Positions 45,762-64,000 of a stretch of 64,000 bases of DNA are shown here, piece by piece. The stretch covers positions 971,509-1,035,508 of the forward strand of contig OZ245330.1 in assembly GCA_965225985.1 (NCBI GenBank), in the 5' to 3' direction. Both the position numbers and the translations under genes were made by a program. The stretch comes from a bacterium (GTDB taxonomy: Bacteria > UBA8248). Every line of letters starts with the position of its first letter. Within the stretch, counting starts at the first letter, position 1. Below the pieces are notes generated by a model, which worked only from the letters and a program-made list of their open reading frames with translations, was not told where the DNA came from and made no database searches.

Positions 45762-47255
45762 GTGGCCGTTCAGATCTACAACACCCTCGCGCGGCGGAAG
45801 GAGCCCCTCGAAACGCGGGAGCCGGGCCACGTCCGCATGTACGTGTGCGGGGTAACGGTTTACGACCACTGCCACCTCGGCCATGCCCGGGCCGCCATCG
45901 CCTTCGACGTGATTCGCCGGTACCTGGAATACTCCAAGTTCAAGGTGACTTTCGTCGTGAACTTCACCGACGTGGACGACAAGATCATCGCCCGGGCGAG
46001 GCGCCTGAAGGTCCCGATTGGCGAGCTGACGGAGAAATTCATCCAGGAGTACTACAACGACATGAGCGCCCTCGGGGTGCGGCGGGCCGATGTCGAGCCC
46101 CGCGCCACCCGGCACATCCCCGAGATGCTCGAGATGATCCAAGAGCTTTTTGAGAAAGGGATCGCTTACCAGGCGGGGGGGAATGTTTACTACGACATCT
46201 CGAAGTTTTCCGGCTACGGAAAGCTCTCCCACCGCAATATCGACGAGCTCGAGGCGGGGACCCGCATCGAGCCCGGCGAGGGGAAGCAGAATCCGCTGGA
46301 CTTCGCCCTCTGGAAGGCGGCGAAGGAGAACGAGCCGGAGTGGGGAAGCCCCTGGGGGCCGGGCCGCCCCGGCTGGCACATCGAGTGCTCGGCCATGTCG
46401 AGCCGCTACCTCGGCCGGCAGTTCGACATTCACGCCGGGGGGGAGGACCTCATCTTCCCCCACCACGAAAACGAGATCGCCCAAAGCGAGGGCTGCTTCG
46501 GGCACGATTGGGTCCGCTACTGGATGCACAACGGCTTCGTGCGCATCAACCACGAGAAGATGAGCAAGTCGAAGGGGAATTTTTTCACCATCAAGGCCAT
46601 CCTCGCGGACCACCCCGCCGAGGTGGTGCGGTACTTTCTTTTGGGTACGCATTACCGCCACCCCGTTGATTTTTCAGACATGGTGATTAGGGAAGCCCGG
46701 AAGGGCCTCGATCGCCTCTACAACGCGCGGCTGCGCCTGGAGATGACCCGGCCGGGGGATGACGCGGGGCTGCGGGGGGAGATGGAGGCCGCGGCCGAGG
46801 CGTACCGCCGGGCCTTCGCCGAGGCGATGGACGACGATTTCAACACCGCGAAGGCGATGGGCCATCTGTTCGACTTCGCCCGGCGGGCCAACGCGGTCTG
46901 CCTGAAAGCGGGGGGGCCGCTTCCCGAGCGGGCGGCCCGCCCGGCCCGGGAGGTTTTCGGGGAGACGGCCGGTGTGCTGGGGCTCTTTCAACTCGCGCCG
47001 GAGGAATGGTTCCGCCTTCCGCAGGCAGGGCCGCCGCCCGCGCGCCCGGAGGATGGGCCCGCCGGGGGGGCGGACGCCGCCGGCCTCGACGGGGCGTTTT
47101 CCGGGGAGCAGGTCGAAAAACTCATCGCGAAGCGGGGCGAGGCCCGCAGGCGGAAGGATTTCGATGAGGCCGACCGCATCCGCAACGATCTGGCCGAGGC
47201 GGGCATCCTCCTCGAGGACGGACCCTCGGGCACAATCTGGAAGCGAAAGGCTTAA
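45762..47255 (+). CDS. cysS: cysteine--tRNA ligase
   Basis: CGVTVYDHCHLGHAR (HIGH), zinc-binding Cys, KMSKS. Confidence 0.9.
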   Translation: MAVQIYNTLARRKEPLETREPGHVRMYVCGVTVYDHCHLGHARAAIAFDVIRRYLEYSKFKVTFVVNFTDVDDKIIARARRLKVPIGELTEKFIQEYYNDMSALGVRRADVEPRATRHIPEMLEMIQELFEKGIAYQAGGNVYYDISKFSGYGKLSHRNIDELEAGTRIEPGEGKQNPLDFALWKAAKENEPEWGSPWGPGRPGWHIECSAMSSRYLGRQFDIHAGGEDLIFPHHENEIAQSEGCFGHDWVRYWMHNGFVRINHEKMSKSKGNFFTIKAILADHPAEVVRYFLLGTHYRHPVDFSDMVIREARKGLDRLYNARLRLEMTRPGDDAGLRGEMEAAAEAYRRAFAEAMDDDFNTAKAMGHLFDFARRANAVCLKAGGPLPERAARPAREVFGETAGVLGLFQLAPEEWFRLPQAGPPPARPEDGPAGGADAAGLDGAFSGEQVEKLIAKRGEARRRKDFDEADRIRNDLAEAGILLEDGPSGTIWKRKA

Positions 47256-47256
47256 G

Positions 47257-48003
47257 TTGGCAAAGGGCGAGGAATTCGTCTGCGGCGTCCACGCGGTGCT
47301 CGCGGCCCTTGCGCGGGGGAAGGAGCGGTCCCTCCGCCTCATCGTCGCCAGCGGGCGCGGGGGGGAGGCCGCCCGGCGCGCCCGGGCTCTGGCGGAAAGC
47401 GCCGGGGTATCCATCGAGACGCTGCCGCCCGCGCGCCTGAGCGAATTGGTCGCCACCTCGAATCATCAGGGAATGGTCCTCCGGGTCTGCCCAACCCCGG
47501 TGCTCGACCTGGAGGCCCTCCTGGCGCGCCAGCCGCCGGGGAGGCCTCCCCTCCTGCTTCTGGACGGGATCCAGGATCCGCGGAATCTCGGCGCCCTTTT
47601 GCGGACGGCCGCGGCCCTCGGGGCGGGCGGGGCGGTTTGGCCAAAGGACAGGGCGTCCGGCCTGACGCCCACCGTGGCCAAGGCAGCGGCGGGGGCGCTT
47701 GAGAGCCTCCCCCTCGCCAGGGTGACGAACATGGCCCGGGCGGTCTCGGCGGTGAAAGACCGCGGATATTGGGCTGTTGCAGGCGATCCCGAAGGGGAAA
47801 CCATCCTGGGGGAGACCCCCCTTCCCGCCCCGGCGGCCCTTGTTCTCGGAGCCGAGGGGCGGGGAATTCGGCGGCTGGTGAGGGAGAGATGCGATGTGGG
47901 GGTGCGGATCGCGCTTTCGGGGAGTATAGTGAGTTCGTTGAATGTGGTTGTGGCGGCGGCCATCTTCCTTTTCGCGACGGGAGCCTGTGGCGAGTCGCCC
48001 TGA
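47257..48003 (+). CDS. rlmB: TrmH/SpoU-family 23S rRNA (guanosine-2'-O)-methyltransferase RlmB
   Basis: SpoU_sub_bind N-terminus, SpoU motifs (LLLDGIQDPRNLGALLRTA, LVLGAEGRG, IPMSGSIVSLNV-like). Probable TTG start directly after the cysS stop. Confidence 0.8.
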   Translation: MAKGEEFVCGVHAVLAALARGKERSLRLIVASGRGGEAARRARALAESAGVSIETLPPARLSELVATSNHQGMVLRVCPTPVLDLEALLARQPPGRPPLLLLDGIQDPRNLGALLRTAAALGAGGAVWPKDRASGLTPTVAKAAAGALESLPLARVTNMARAVSAVKDRGYWAVAGDPEGETILGETPLPAPAALVLGAEGRGIRRLVRERCDVGVRIALSGSIVSSLNVVVAAAIFLFATGACGESP

Positions 48004-48090
48004 AAGGGCCTGGGTTTTTTGCCGTATCGCCCGATGCGGCGGGACTTGACAAAGGTGGTTTCGGTCCCTAAATTTGCCCGTTCTTCGCTG

Positions 48091-48166
48091 GCTGGCGTAG
48101 CTCAGCTGGTAGAGCAGCTGATTTGTAATCAGCCGGTCGGAGGTTCGAATCCTCTCGCCAGCTCCA
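48091..48166 (+). tRNA. tRNA-Thr (anticodon TGT)
   Basis: Cloverleaf folded by hand: acceptor GCUGGCG/CGCCAGC, D GCUC/GAGC, anticodon loop UUUGUAA, T loop UUCGAAU, 3' CCA encoded. Confidence 0.85.
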
Positions 48167-48215
48167 AGGGCGGGCGGCCCTCGGAGCTCCCGATATTCCT
48201 TGATCCGTTTTCCAA

Positions 48216-48301
48216 GGGGAGGTTCCCGAGCGGTCAAAGGGATCAGACTGTAAATCTGACGGCGTACGCCTTCGGAGGTTCGAATCCTCCCCTCCCCACC
48301 A
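48216..48301 (+). tRNA. tRNA-Tyr (anticodon GTA), long variable arm
   Basis: Acceptor GGGGAGG/CCUCCCC, anticodon loop CUGUAAA, variable stem-loop, T loop UUCGAAU, CCA encoded. Confidence 0.85.
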
Positions 48302-48373
48302 ACTCTGAAAACAAAAGCATGGCCTCGGCAAGGGGTTTGCGCTCGCGCGTGGGCAGTCCGGGAAAAGGGAAGT

Positions 48374-48449
48374 GCGGGAATAGCTCAGTTGGTAGAGCAT
48401 CAGCCTTCCAAGCTGAGGGTCGCGGGTTCGAGTCCCGTTTCCCGCTCCA
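48374..48449 (+). tRNA. tRNA-Gly (anticodon TCC)
   Basis: Acceptor GCGGGAA/UUCCCGC, anticodon loop CUUCCAA, T loop UUCGAGU, CCA encoded. Confidence 0.85.
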
Positions 48450-48641
48450 TACAGCTTTTAGGGGTTTGTACGGATTGGGTATAAACGCAAGCGGGGGGAC
48501 GGTCCCGTTGGCCGCGTCGTTCCGGCGGCCCGAATATAAGAAGCGGCAAGGGGGTTCTGCCTGTCCGGCGCGGGACCTTCCGTAAGGGGAAGACCAAAGG
48601 GGTGATGCGATCCTAGGGCCGAACGAGGTTTGGGTCGGCGG

Positions 48642-48717
48642 GCCCACGTAGCTCAGCCGGCAGAGCACTTCCTTGGTAAGGAAGAGGTCACCGGTTCAAG
48701 TCCGGTCGTGGGCTCCA
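48642..48717 (+). tRNA. tRNA-Thr (anticodon GGT)
   Basis: Acceptor GCCCACG/CGUGGGC, anticodon loop UUGGUAA, T loop UUCAAGU, CCA encoded. Confidence 0.85.
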
Positions 48718-48778
48718 TCTGATTGAATGGGGGAAGGTCGGAGTATTTTTTTCGTTTTTTTTGTGGAGACATTTTGCC

Positions 48779-49957
<1,179 letters not shown>

Positions 49958-49992
49958 CCGGGGGAGGTCGCCAGGGGGGAGGTGCCCCTTGA

Positions 49993-50068
49993 AGGCCAGT
50001 GGCTCAATTGGTAGAGCACCGGACTCCAAATCCGGCGGTTGGGGGTTCGAGTCCCTCCTGGCCTGCCA
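49993..50068 (+). tRNA. tRNA-Trp (anticodon CCA)
   Basis: Acceptor AGGCCAG/CUGGCCU, anticodon loop CUCCAAA, T loop UUCGAGU, CCA encoded. Confidence 0.85.
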
Positions 50069-50163
50069 CCTCGTTTCATCCTCCGCCTGAGCCGAGAGTC
50101 TGGGCAAAGGGGGAAGGGCGCCGCGCCGAAACGGCCGGAGGCGGAAAGGAAGACGGGGAGAAG

Positions 50164-50379
50164 ATGGCGGCGAGGGTGTTCGATTGGTTCAGGCAGGCAC
50201 GCTCGTTTCTCTCCGATGTCCAGGGCGAGGCGAAACGGGTAACCTGGCTGGGGTTGAAGCACACGGCCGCCCAGACCGCCATGACGCTCGTTTTCGTTTT
50301 TATCATCGCCATTTATCTCGGTTTGGTGGACCTGGGGCTTTCGCGGTTGATCAATTCCTTTCTGAACCTCGGGCTGTAA
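50164..50379 (+). CDS. secE: preprotein translocase subunit SecE
   Basis: 71-aa single-TM protein (FLSDVQGEAKRVTWLGLKHT...TM) between tRNA-Trp and nusG. Confidence 0.85.
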   Translation: MAARVFDWFRQARSFLSDVQGEAKRVTWLGLKHTAAQTAMTLVFVFIIAIYLGLVDLGLSRLINSFLNLGL

Positions 50380-50391
50380 GGGAGACCGTGC

Positions 50392-50919
50392 ATGGTGAAG
50401 GAGTGGTACGTGGTACACACCTACTCGGGCTTCGAAAACAAGGTGAAGCTCAGCGTGGCCGAGCAGTTCCGCAACGCCGGGCTCGAGAACAAGCTGGGCG
50501 ATATCGTTGTCCCGATCGAGCAGGTGGTTGAGGTAAGGGGCGGAAAGAAACGGACGAGTTCACAGAAATTCTTCCCCGGCTACATCCTCATCCAGATGGA
50601 TTGTGATGAAAACACCTGGTACCTGGTAAAGAACACCGCGAAGGTCACGGGATTTCTGGGCGGGACCTCGCCGACCCCCCTCACGCAGGCGGAAATCGAA
50701 AATGTCACCAAGCAGATGCGGGGGGAGGCGGAGAAGCCCAAGCGCAAGGTGGAGTTCGAGAAGGGCGAGAACATCAGGGTGGTCGACGGCCCCTTCGTCA
50801 ATTTTACAGGTGTCATCGACGAGGTGCATCCCGACCGGGGCAAGCTGAAGGTGTTGGTCAGCATTTTTGGCCGGACCACCCCGGTCGAGCTGGAAATGCT
50901 TCAGGTGGAAAAGGTCTGA
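50392..50919 (+). CDS. nusG: transcription termination/antitermination factor NusG
   Basis: [21 protein letters not shown] domain, C-terminal KOW ([18 protein letters not shown]). Confidence 0.95.
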   Translation: MVKEWYVVHTYSGFENKVKLSVAEQFRNAGLENKLGDIVVPIEQVVEVRGGKKRTSSQKFFPGYILIQMDCDENTWYLVKNTAKVTGFLGGTSPTPLTQAEIENVTKQMRGEAEKPKRKVEFEKGENIRVVDGPFVNFTGVIDEVHPDRGKLKVLVSIFGRTTPVELEMLQVEKV

Positions 50920-50962
50920 GGGTTGCCCCCCTCCGGGGGCGTGCCCGCATCAAGGTGGCGGG

Positions 50963-51388
50963 ATGGCGAAGAAAGACGTGATGACCAAAATCAAGCTTCA
51001 GATTGCCGCCGGCCAGGCGAATCCGGCCCCTCCCGTGGGCCCGGCCCTCGGCCAGCACGGCGTGAACATTATGGGGTTTTGCAAGTCGTTCAACGCCCAG
51101 ACCCAGGGGCGCGAGGGTACGATTATTCCGGTCGTGCTCACGGTTTACGCCGACCGGACCTTTTCCTTCATCATGAAGAGCCCGCCGGCGGCCATCCTTT
51201 TGAAGAAGGCCGCCGGCCTTGCCAAAGGGTCGGGCGAGACGGGCCGCGAGAAGGTAGGCTCGGTGAACCGGAAACAGCTCGAGGAAATCGCCGAGATCAA
51301 AAAAGATGATTTGAACGCCCATGACGTGGACGCGGCGGTGCGCATCCTTGAGGGTACCGCAAGGAGCATGGGCATCGAGGTGGAATAG
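50963..51388 (+). CDS. rplK: 50S ribosomal protein L11
   Basis: [37 protein letters not shown]... Confidence 0.95.
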   Translation: MAKKDVMTKIKLQIAAGQANPAPPVGPALGQHGVNIMGFCKSFNAQTQGREGTIIPVVLTVYADRTFSFIMKSPPAAILLKKAAGLAKGSGETGREKVGSVNRKQLEEIAEIKKDDLNAHDVDAAVRILEGTARSMGIEVE

Positions 51389-51460
51389 CGAAACGGTGTG
51401 GGAGGCGTCCTCGCGGTTTGTGCGTGGGGCGCCGCCGGAACCACGAAGGAGGGGAGAAGA

Positions 51461-52165
51461 GTGCCCAGGCACGGAAAAAATTACCGAAACGCTCGAGAGA
51501 AGATCGACAGTTCCCGGCTTTATCCCCTGGAGGAGGCCGTCACCCTCGTCAAGGAATTCGCCTCGGGCAAATTCGACGAGACGTTGGAAGTGGCCGCCAA
51601 TCTGGGGGTGGATCCAAGGCACGCCGACCAGATGGTCCGGGGCAGCGTCGTGCTTCCCAACGGGATAGGGAAATCGCAAGTCGTCGTCGCCCTCGCCAAG
51701 GGCGACAAGGCGGCCGAGGCCAAAGAGGCCGGGGCCGATTTCGTGGGCGCGGAGGATTTGGCGGAGAAGATCCAGGGGGGCTGGCTTGAGTTCGACCGGG
51801 TGGTCGCCACCCCGGACGTTATGAGCGTGGCGGGCCGCCTGGGAAAGATCCTGGGGCCGCGCGGCATGATGCCCAATCCCAAGTCGGGCTCGGTTTCGTT
51901 CGATATGGCCCGGATGGTCAAGGAGATCAAGGCGGGAAAAGTGGAATACCGCGTCGAGAAGGCGGGCATCGTCCATGCCCCGGTGGGAAAAGCCAGTTTC
52001 GAGGTGATGGCCCTGGCGGAAAACATCCTGGCCATTGTGGAATCTCTCCTTCGGGCCAAGCCCGCTTCCAGCAAGGGGGTGTATTTCCGCGGCATGAGCA
52101 TTTCCAGCACGATGGGCCCCGGGGTCAAGCTGGATCACCAAAGCCTGGTCAGTGCTCTCAAGTGA
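51461..52165 (+). CDS. rplA: 50S ribosomal protein L1
   Basis: GTG start with AAGGAGGGG RBS; (V)[15 protein letters not shown]...[16 protein letters not shown]... Confidence 0.9.
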   Translation: MPRHGKNYRNAREKIDSSRLYPLEEAVTLVKEFASGKFDETLEVAANLGVDPRHADQMVRGSVVLPNGIGKSQVVVALAKGDKAAEAKEAGADFVGAEDLAEKIQGGWLEFDRVVATPDVMSVAGRLGKILGPRGMMPNPKSGSVSFDMARMVKEIKAGKVEYRVEKAGIVHAPVGKASFEVMALAENILAIVESLLRAKPASSKGVYFRGMSISSTMGPGVKLDHQSLVSALK

Positions 52166-52175
52166 GGCGTCAACC

Positions 52176-52742
52176 ATGAGCGCGCAAGTCTTGGAAAAGG
52201 GAAGAAGGGCGAAGGGCCTGGAGCCCCTGCCCGTTAAGGTGCGAGCGGTCGAGACGCTCCGGGAGAAGCTCTCCGCTTCCTCTTCGGTCGTTTTATTCAA
52301 CTTCCGGGGACTTGACGTCTCCCAGATGACCAAATTGCGCCGCCAGACGTGGGAGGCGGGCGTAGACCTCTTTGTGGTGAAAAACTCCTTGTTCGAAAGG
52401 GCAATCGAGGGTACGCCCTACGAGGTGATTCGGGAATCCGTAGAGGGGCCCATCTCTATCGCCACCACATCCGGGGACCCGTCCGCCCCGGCCAAGGTGC
52501 TGAGCGATTTTCTCAAGGAGGCCGATTCCGGCAAGATCCTGGGAGGGGCGCTGGACGGAAGGTTCCTGGAAGATTCTGAAGTTAAAGAACTTGCGAGCCT
52601 CCCCCCCCGCGAGGTTCTGCTTTCCCGGCTCGTCGGCGCCCTCCAGGCGCCCGTGGCGGGCCTTCCGCGCGTACTGAACGGCGTTCTCGTTTCGCTGCTC
52701 AACGTTCTCCAGGCAGTTGCAAAAAATAAGGAAGAATCATAA
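52176..52742 (+). CDS. rplJ: 50S ribosomal protein L10
   Basis: ...VVLFNFRGLDVSQMTKLRRQTWEAGVDLFVVKNSL... Start codon choice uncertain (52152 vs 52176). Confidence 0.85.
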   Translation: MSAQVLEKGRRAKGLEPLPVKVRAVETLREKLSASSSVVLFNFRGLDVSQMTKLRRQTWEAGVDLFVVKNSLFERAIEGTPYEVIRESVEGPISIATTSGDPSAPAKVLSDFLKEADSGKILGGALDGRFLEDSEVKELASLPPREVLLSRLVGALQAPVAGLPRVLNGVLVSLLNVLQAVAKNKEES

Positions 52743-52843
52743 AGTAGCTCGTTTGTCCCGAAAGGGCCCTTATCCGAAATTTTTTAGATATTGCAGAGTT
52801 TTTAGAGCGGATTCAAAACCTGAGCCTGGGAAAGGGGTAAAAG

Positions 52844-53230
52844 GTGGCCACTAAAGAAGACATGGTTTCCTTCATCGAGAACATGACGGTCATGGAACTC
52901 AGCGATTTCGTCAAGGAACTCGAAGAGAAATTCGGCGTTTCCGCGGCTGCTCCGATGATGATGGCGGGGGTGATGCCCGCCGCGGGCGGCGGGGACGGAG
53001 GTGCACCCGCCGAGGAGAAGACGAGTTTTACCGTCACCTTGAAAGCGCCGGGAGGGGAGAAGATCAAGGTCATTAAAACCATTCGGGAGATTACGAGTTT
53101 GGGACTCAAAGAGGCCAAAGATTTTGTGGATGGGGCGCCGAACGCGGTGCGTGAGAGCGTGAGCAAAGAAGAGGCCGACTCCATTGCGGATAAGCTCAAA
53201 GGGGTCGGCGCGGAGGTGGAAATTACATAA
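52844..53230 (+). CDS. rplL: 50S ribosomal protein L7/L12
   Basis: [37 protein letters not shown]...[12 protein letters not shown]. Confidence 0.95.
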   Translation: MATKEDMVSFIENMTVMELSDFVKELEEKFGVSAAAPMMMAGVMPAAGGGDGGAPAEEKTSFTVTLKAPGGEKIKVIKTIREITSLGLKEAKDFVDGAPNAVRESVSKEEADSIADKLKGVGAEVEIT

Positions 53231-53329
53231 GACTCACCGAAAGGAATCGGCCTGCGGAAGCTGGCCAGTGTTTCAGCCGCCTTGGGCCGAACGTTGAACA
53301 TCGCCCCCATCCCTTTCGAGGTGAGTCAA

Positions 53330-57376
<4,047 letters not shown>

Positions 57377-57455
57377 AGCGCCCCGGCGGGACCGCCGCGC
57401 AGGGACGCCGCAAGTGTCGCCCGGGAATTTTCAACCCAAGTTTCCCTGAGGAGGG

Positions 57456-61655
<4,200 letters not shown>

Positions 61656-61691
61656 CGGCCAAAATTGGCCGAATCCTACCTTCCTGCGGGC

Positions 61692-61719
61692 TTGACAGGG
61701 TAGCAATAACGTATACAAT
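61692..61719 (+). promoter_or_regulatory. candidate sigma70 promoter for the rpsL-rpsG-fusA (str) operon (-35 TTGACA / 16 / -10 TACAAT)
   Basis: TTGACA 61692..61697, 16-nt spacer, TACAAT 61714..61719, ~200 nt upstream of rpsL with hairpins in the leader. Confidence 0.4.
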
Positions 61720-61923
61720 TAATCGTTTTCTTTTCGGGGACAGAGGATTTCTGAGGCCCGAATGGTAGCTGTATCATGTTGAAATAAAAAGGGTACAGCA
61801 AGATCCGCAGGAGTTTTTCGCAGACTCCAGCCCGTCGGATTTTGGCCGTCGGAGGCCCAGGGAAACAACCTGGGCACATTTTTTCGGTTTTTTTGGATTT
61901 TCTCATTTTTGCTGGGGGCATTG

Positions 61924-62295
61924 TTGCCGACTATCAATCAGCTCATCCGCAAGGGCCGCGAGCGGATCCGGAAGAAAACGGACAGTCCCGCCCTGAAGAG
62001 CTGTCCCCAGAAGAGAGGGGTTTGCGTTCGCGTCTACACCACCACGCCTAAGAAGCCCAACTCCGCCCTCCGGAAAGTGGCGCGGGTGAGGCTGACGAAC
62101 GGGATGGAAGTGACAACCTACATTCCGGGCGAGGGGCACAACCTGCAGGAGCACTCCATTGTCCTCATTCGCGGAGGACGGGTGAAGGATCTGCCGGGCA
62201 TCCGCTACCACGTCGTGCGCGGGACGCTCGACAGCGTCGGGGTGGAAGCCCGCAAGCAGGGAAGGTCCAAGTACGGGGCAAAAAGGCCCAAGTAA
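61924..62295 (+). CDS. rpsL: 30S ribosomal protein S12
   Basis: (TTG start) [12 protein letters not shown]...[18 protein letters not shown]... Confidence 0.9.
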   Translation: MPTINQLIRKGRERIRKKTDSPALKSCPQKRGVCVRVYTTTPKKPNSALRKVARVRLTNGMEVTTYIPGEGHNLQEHSIVLIRGGRVKDLPGIRYHVVRGTLDSVGVEARKQGRSKYGAKRPK

Positions 62296-62348
62296 GAGCG
62301 CCCTTTCCGGCTCCTGACGGAATGGGCGGGGAGAGGAAATCCCGCTCG

Positions 62349-62816
62349 ATGGCCAGGCGCAAGCGGTCAACCAAAAGACCCGTCCTTCCCGATCCGAAAT
62401 TCAAGGACCGGCTGGTGACCAAGTTCATCAACGGGATCATGCTCAAAGGGAAGAAGAATGTCGCGGAGCGAATTTTTTACGGCGCGATGGATATCGTGGA
62501 AGAAAAGATGAAAGAGGACCCGCTCAAGGTGTTCAAGCGCGCCATCGACAACGTGAAGCCCGCCCTGGAGGTCCGCTCCCGCCGGGTGGGCGGCTCTACC
62601 TACCAGATACCCGTTGAGGTCCGCCCGGAGCGCCGTACCGCCTTGAGCATCCGCTGGATCATCCAAAACGCGCGGAGCCGGGACCGGGTGGTCGTGAAGG
62701 GGCTCGCCGCCGAGATCGTCGATGCCGCGAACAGCACGGGCGGGGCCGTTCGCACCCGAGAGAACACACACCGCATGGCCGATGCGAATAAGGCATTCGC
62801 TCATTACCGCTGGTAA
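62349..62816 (+). CDS. rpsG: 30S ribosomal protein S7
   Basis: [36 protein letters not shown]...[10 protein letters not shown]. Confidence 0.95.
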   Translation: MARRKRSTKRPVLPDPKFKDRLVTKFINGIMLKGKKNVAERIFYGAMDIVEEKMKEDPLKVFKRAIDNVKPALEVRSRRVGGSTYQIPVEVRPERRTALSIRWIIQNARSRDRVVVKGLAAEIVDAANSTGGAVRTRENTHRMADANKAFAHYRW

Positions 62817-62836
62817 ATAAGGAAAAGAGGCTCACC

Positions 62837-64000
62837 GTGTCCGACAGGAAAACGCCGCTCGGAAAGGTACGGAATATCGGCATCATGGCCCACATCGATG
62901 CCGGCAAGACGACCACCACCGAGCGGATCCTTTACTACTCGGGCCGCACCCATAAGATGGGAGAGGTCCATGAGGGCTCCGCCACCATGGACTGGATGGA
63001 GCTGGAACAGGAGCGCGGCATCACCATCACCTCCGCGGCCACGACCTGCGCCTGGAACGATCACACCATCAACATCATCGACACGCCGGGGCACGTCGAT
63101 TTTACCGCCGAGGTGGAGCGGAGCCTCCGCGTACTGGACGGCGCGGTTGCGGTATTCTGCTCGGTGGGCGGCGTGGAGCCCCAGAGCGAGACCGTCTGGC
63201 GCCAGGCCGAGAAGTACGGCGTCCCACGGATCGTGTTCATCAACAAAATGGACAGGACCGGCGCGGATTTTCACGGTGTCGTCGGTCAAATCGAAACCCG
63301 GCTCGCCTCCCACCCCCTGGTGGTGCAGCTGCCCCTCGGCGAGGAGGAGTCCTTCCGGGGGATGATCGACCTCGTCACCGGGACGGCCCGGGTCTTCACC
63401 GACCCGATGGGCGCTGACTACGAAACGGTGGAGATACCCCGGGAGATGGCGGAGGAGGCAGCCTCCAGGCGCGAGAAGCTCATCGAGGCCCTCGCCATGA
63501 CCGACGAAGGCCTGATGGAGCGCTACCTGGAGGGAAATGAGATTCCCGCGGCGGACATCCGGGCCGCCATCCGGGCCGCCACCCTCGCGGGCAAGTGCGT
63601 GCCGGTTCTTTGCGGCGCCGCCTTCCGGAACAAGGGGATCCAGCTCCTCCTCGACGCCATCGTCGACTATCTTCCCTCCCCCCGGGATCTTCCTCCCGTA
63701 AAGGGGGTATTGGCCGCGGAGACCCGCGAGGCGGGCGGGGAGGCGCCCGAGCGCCCCGCCTCAGACGATGCCCCCTTCGCGGCCCTCGCCTTCAAGGTGA
63801 TGATGGATCCGTATGTGGGCCAACTCGTTTTCATCCGCGTCTATTCGGGGGTGCTCCGGCAGGGGGATTTCATGCTCAACGCCACGACCGGAAAGAAAGA
63901 GCGGGTCGGGCGCCTGCTGCGAATGCACGCGAACAAACGCGAGGAGATCAAGGAGGCGCGCGCGGGCGACATCGTAGCCGCCCTTGGTATCCGCGGCGCC
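62837..64000 (+). CDS. fusA: elongation factor G, N-terminal ~388 codons (continues past window end)
   Basis: GTG start; [36 protein letters not shown]..., G domain motifs. Confidence 0.95.
   Translation, partial: MSDRKTPLGKVRNIGIMAHIDAGKTTTTERILYYSGRTHKMGEVHEGSATMDWMELEQERGITITSAATTCAWNDHTINIIDTPGHVDFTAEVERSLRVLDGAVAVFCSVGGVEPQSETVWRQAEKYGVPRIVFINKMDRTGADFHGVVGQIETRLASHPLVVQLPLGEEESFRGMIDLVTGTARVFTDPMGADYETVEIPREMAEEAASRREKLIEALAMTDEGLMERYLEGNEIPAADIRAAIRAATLAGKCVPVLCGAAFRNKGIQLLLDAIVDYLPSPRDLPPVKGVLAAETREAGGEAPERPASDDAPFAALAFKVMMDPYVGQLVFIRVYSGVLRQGDFMLNATTGKKERVGRLLRMHANKREEIKEARAGDIVAALGIRGA

Overview
The window is a high-GC (~65%) bacterial chromosomal segment dominated by housekeeping genes on both strands. 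Left third: purD (partial), a CheY-like receiver, a multiply frameshifted rsmE, prmA, a double-hotdog MaoC dehydratase, a DnaJ-like J-protein and hrcA (minus strand); then a sensor kinase / sigma54 (NtrC-type) regulator pair, an aldehyde dehydrogenase, tmk-holB-PSP1(RicT-like)-metG-TatD/radical-SAM fusion, and groES-groEL preceded by a CIRCE element. Middle (about 21.6-38.4 kb) is more accessory-like: TonB-like protein, DtxR-family regulator, cupin with Lys/Ala-rich tail, gpsA, BNR-repeat propeller, tandem AHSA1/SRPBCC paralogs (one with a nonsense codon), DinB, pentapeptide-repeat protein, an HExxH membrane protein + lipoprotein pair, a Gfo/Idh/MocA oxidoreductase, an orphan xanthine-dehydrogenase-family Mo subunit, an OsmC-like gene with an in-frame TGA at the catalytic cysteine position (candidate selenoprotein), a DMT transporter, a SAM methyltransferase and a CaCA antiporter. 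Right third: PPIase, dcd, moaC, PIN-TRAM (YacL-like), ispD-ispF, cysS, rlmB, tRNA-Thr/Tyr/Gly/Thr, tuf, tRNA-Trp, secE-nusG-rplKAJL-rpoB-rpoC-rpsL-rpsG-fusA (partial). Gene order is strikingly Bacillus-like. No CRISPR arrays, transposases or integrases were seen. Many long ORFs in the supplied track are GC-driven antisense artefacts and were ignored. Coordinates of small features are +/-1-2 nt.
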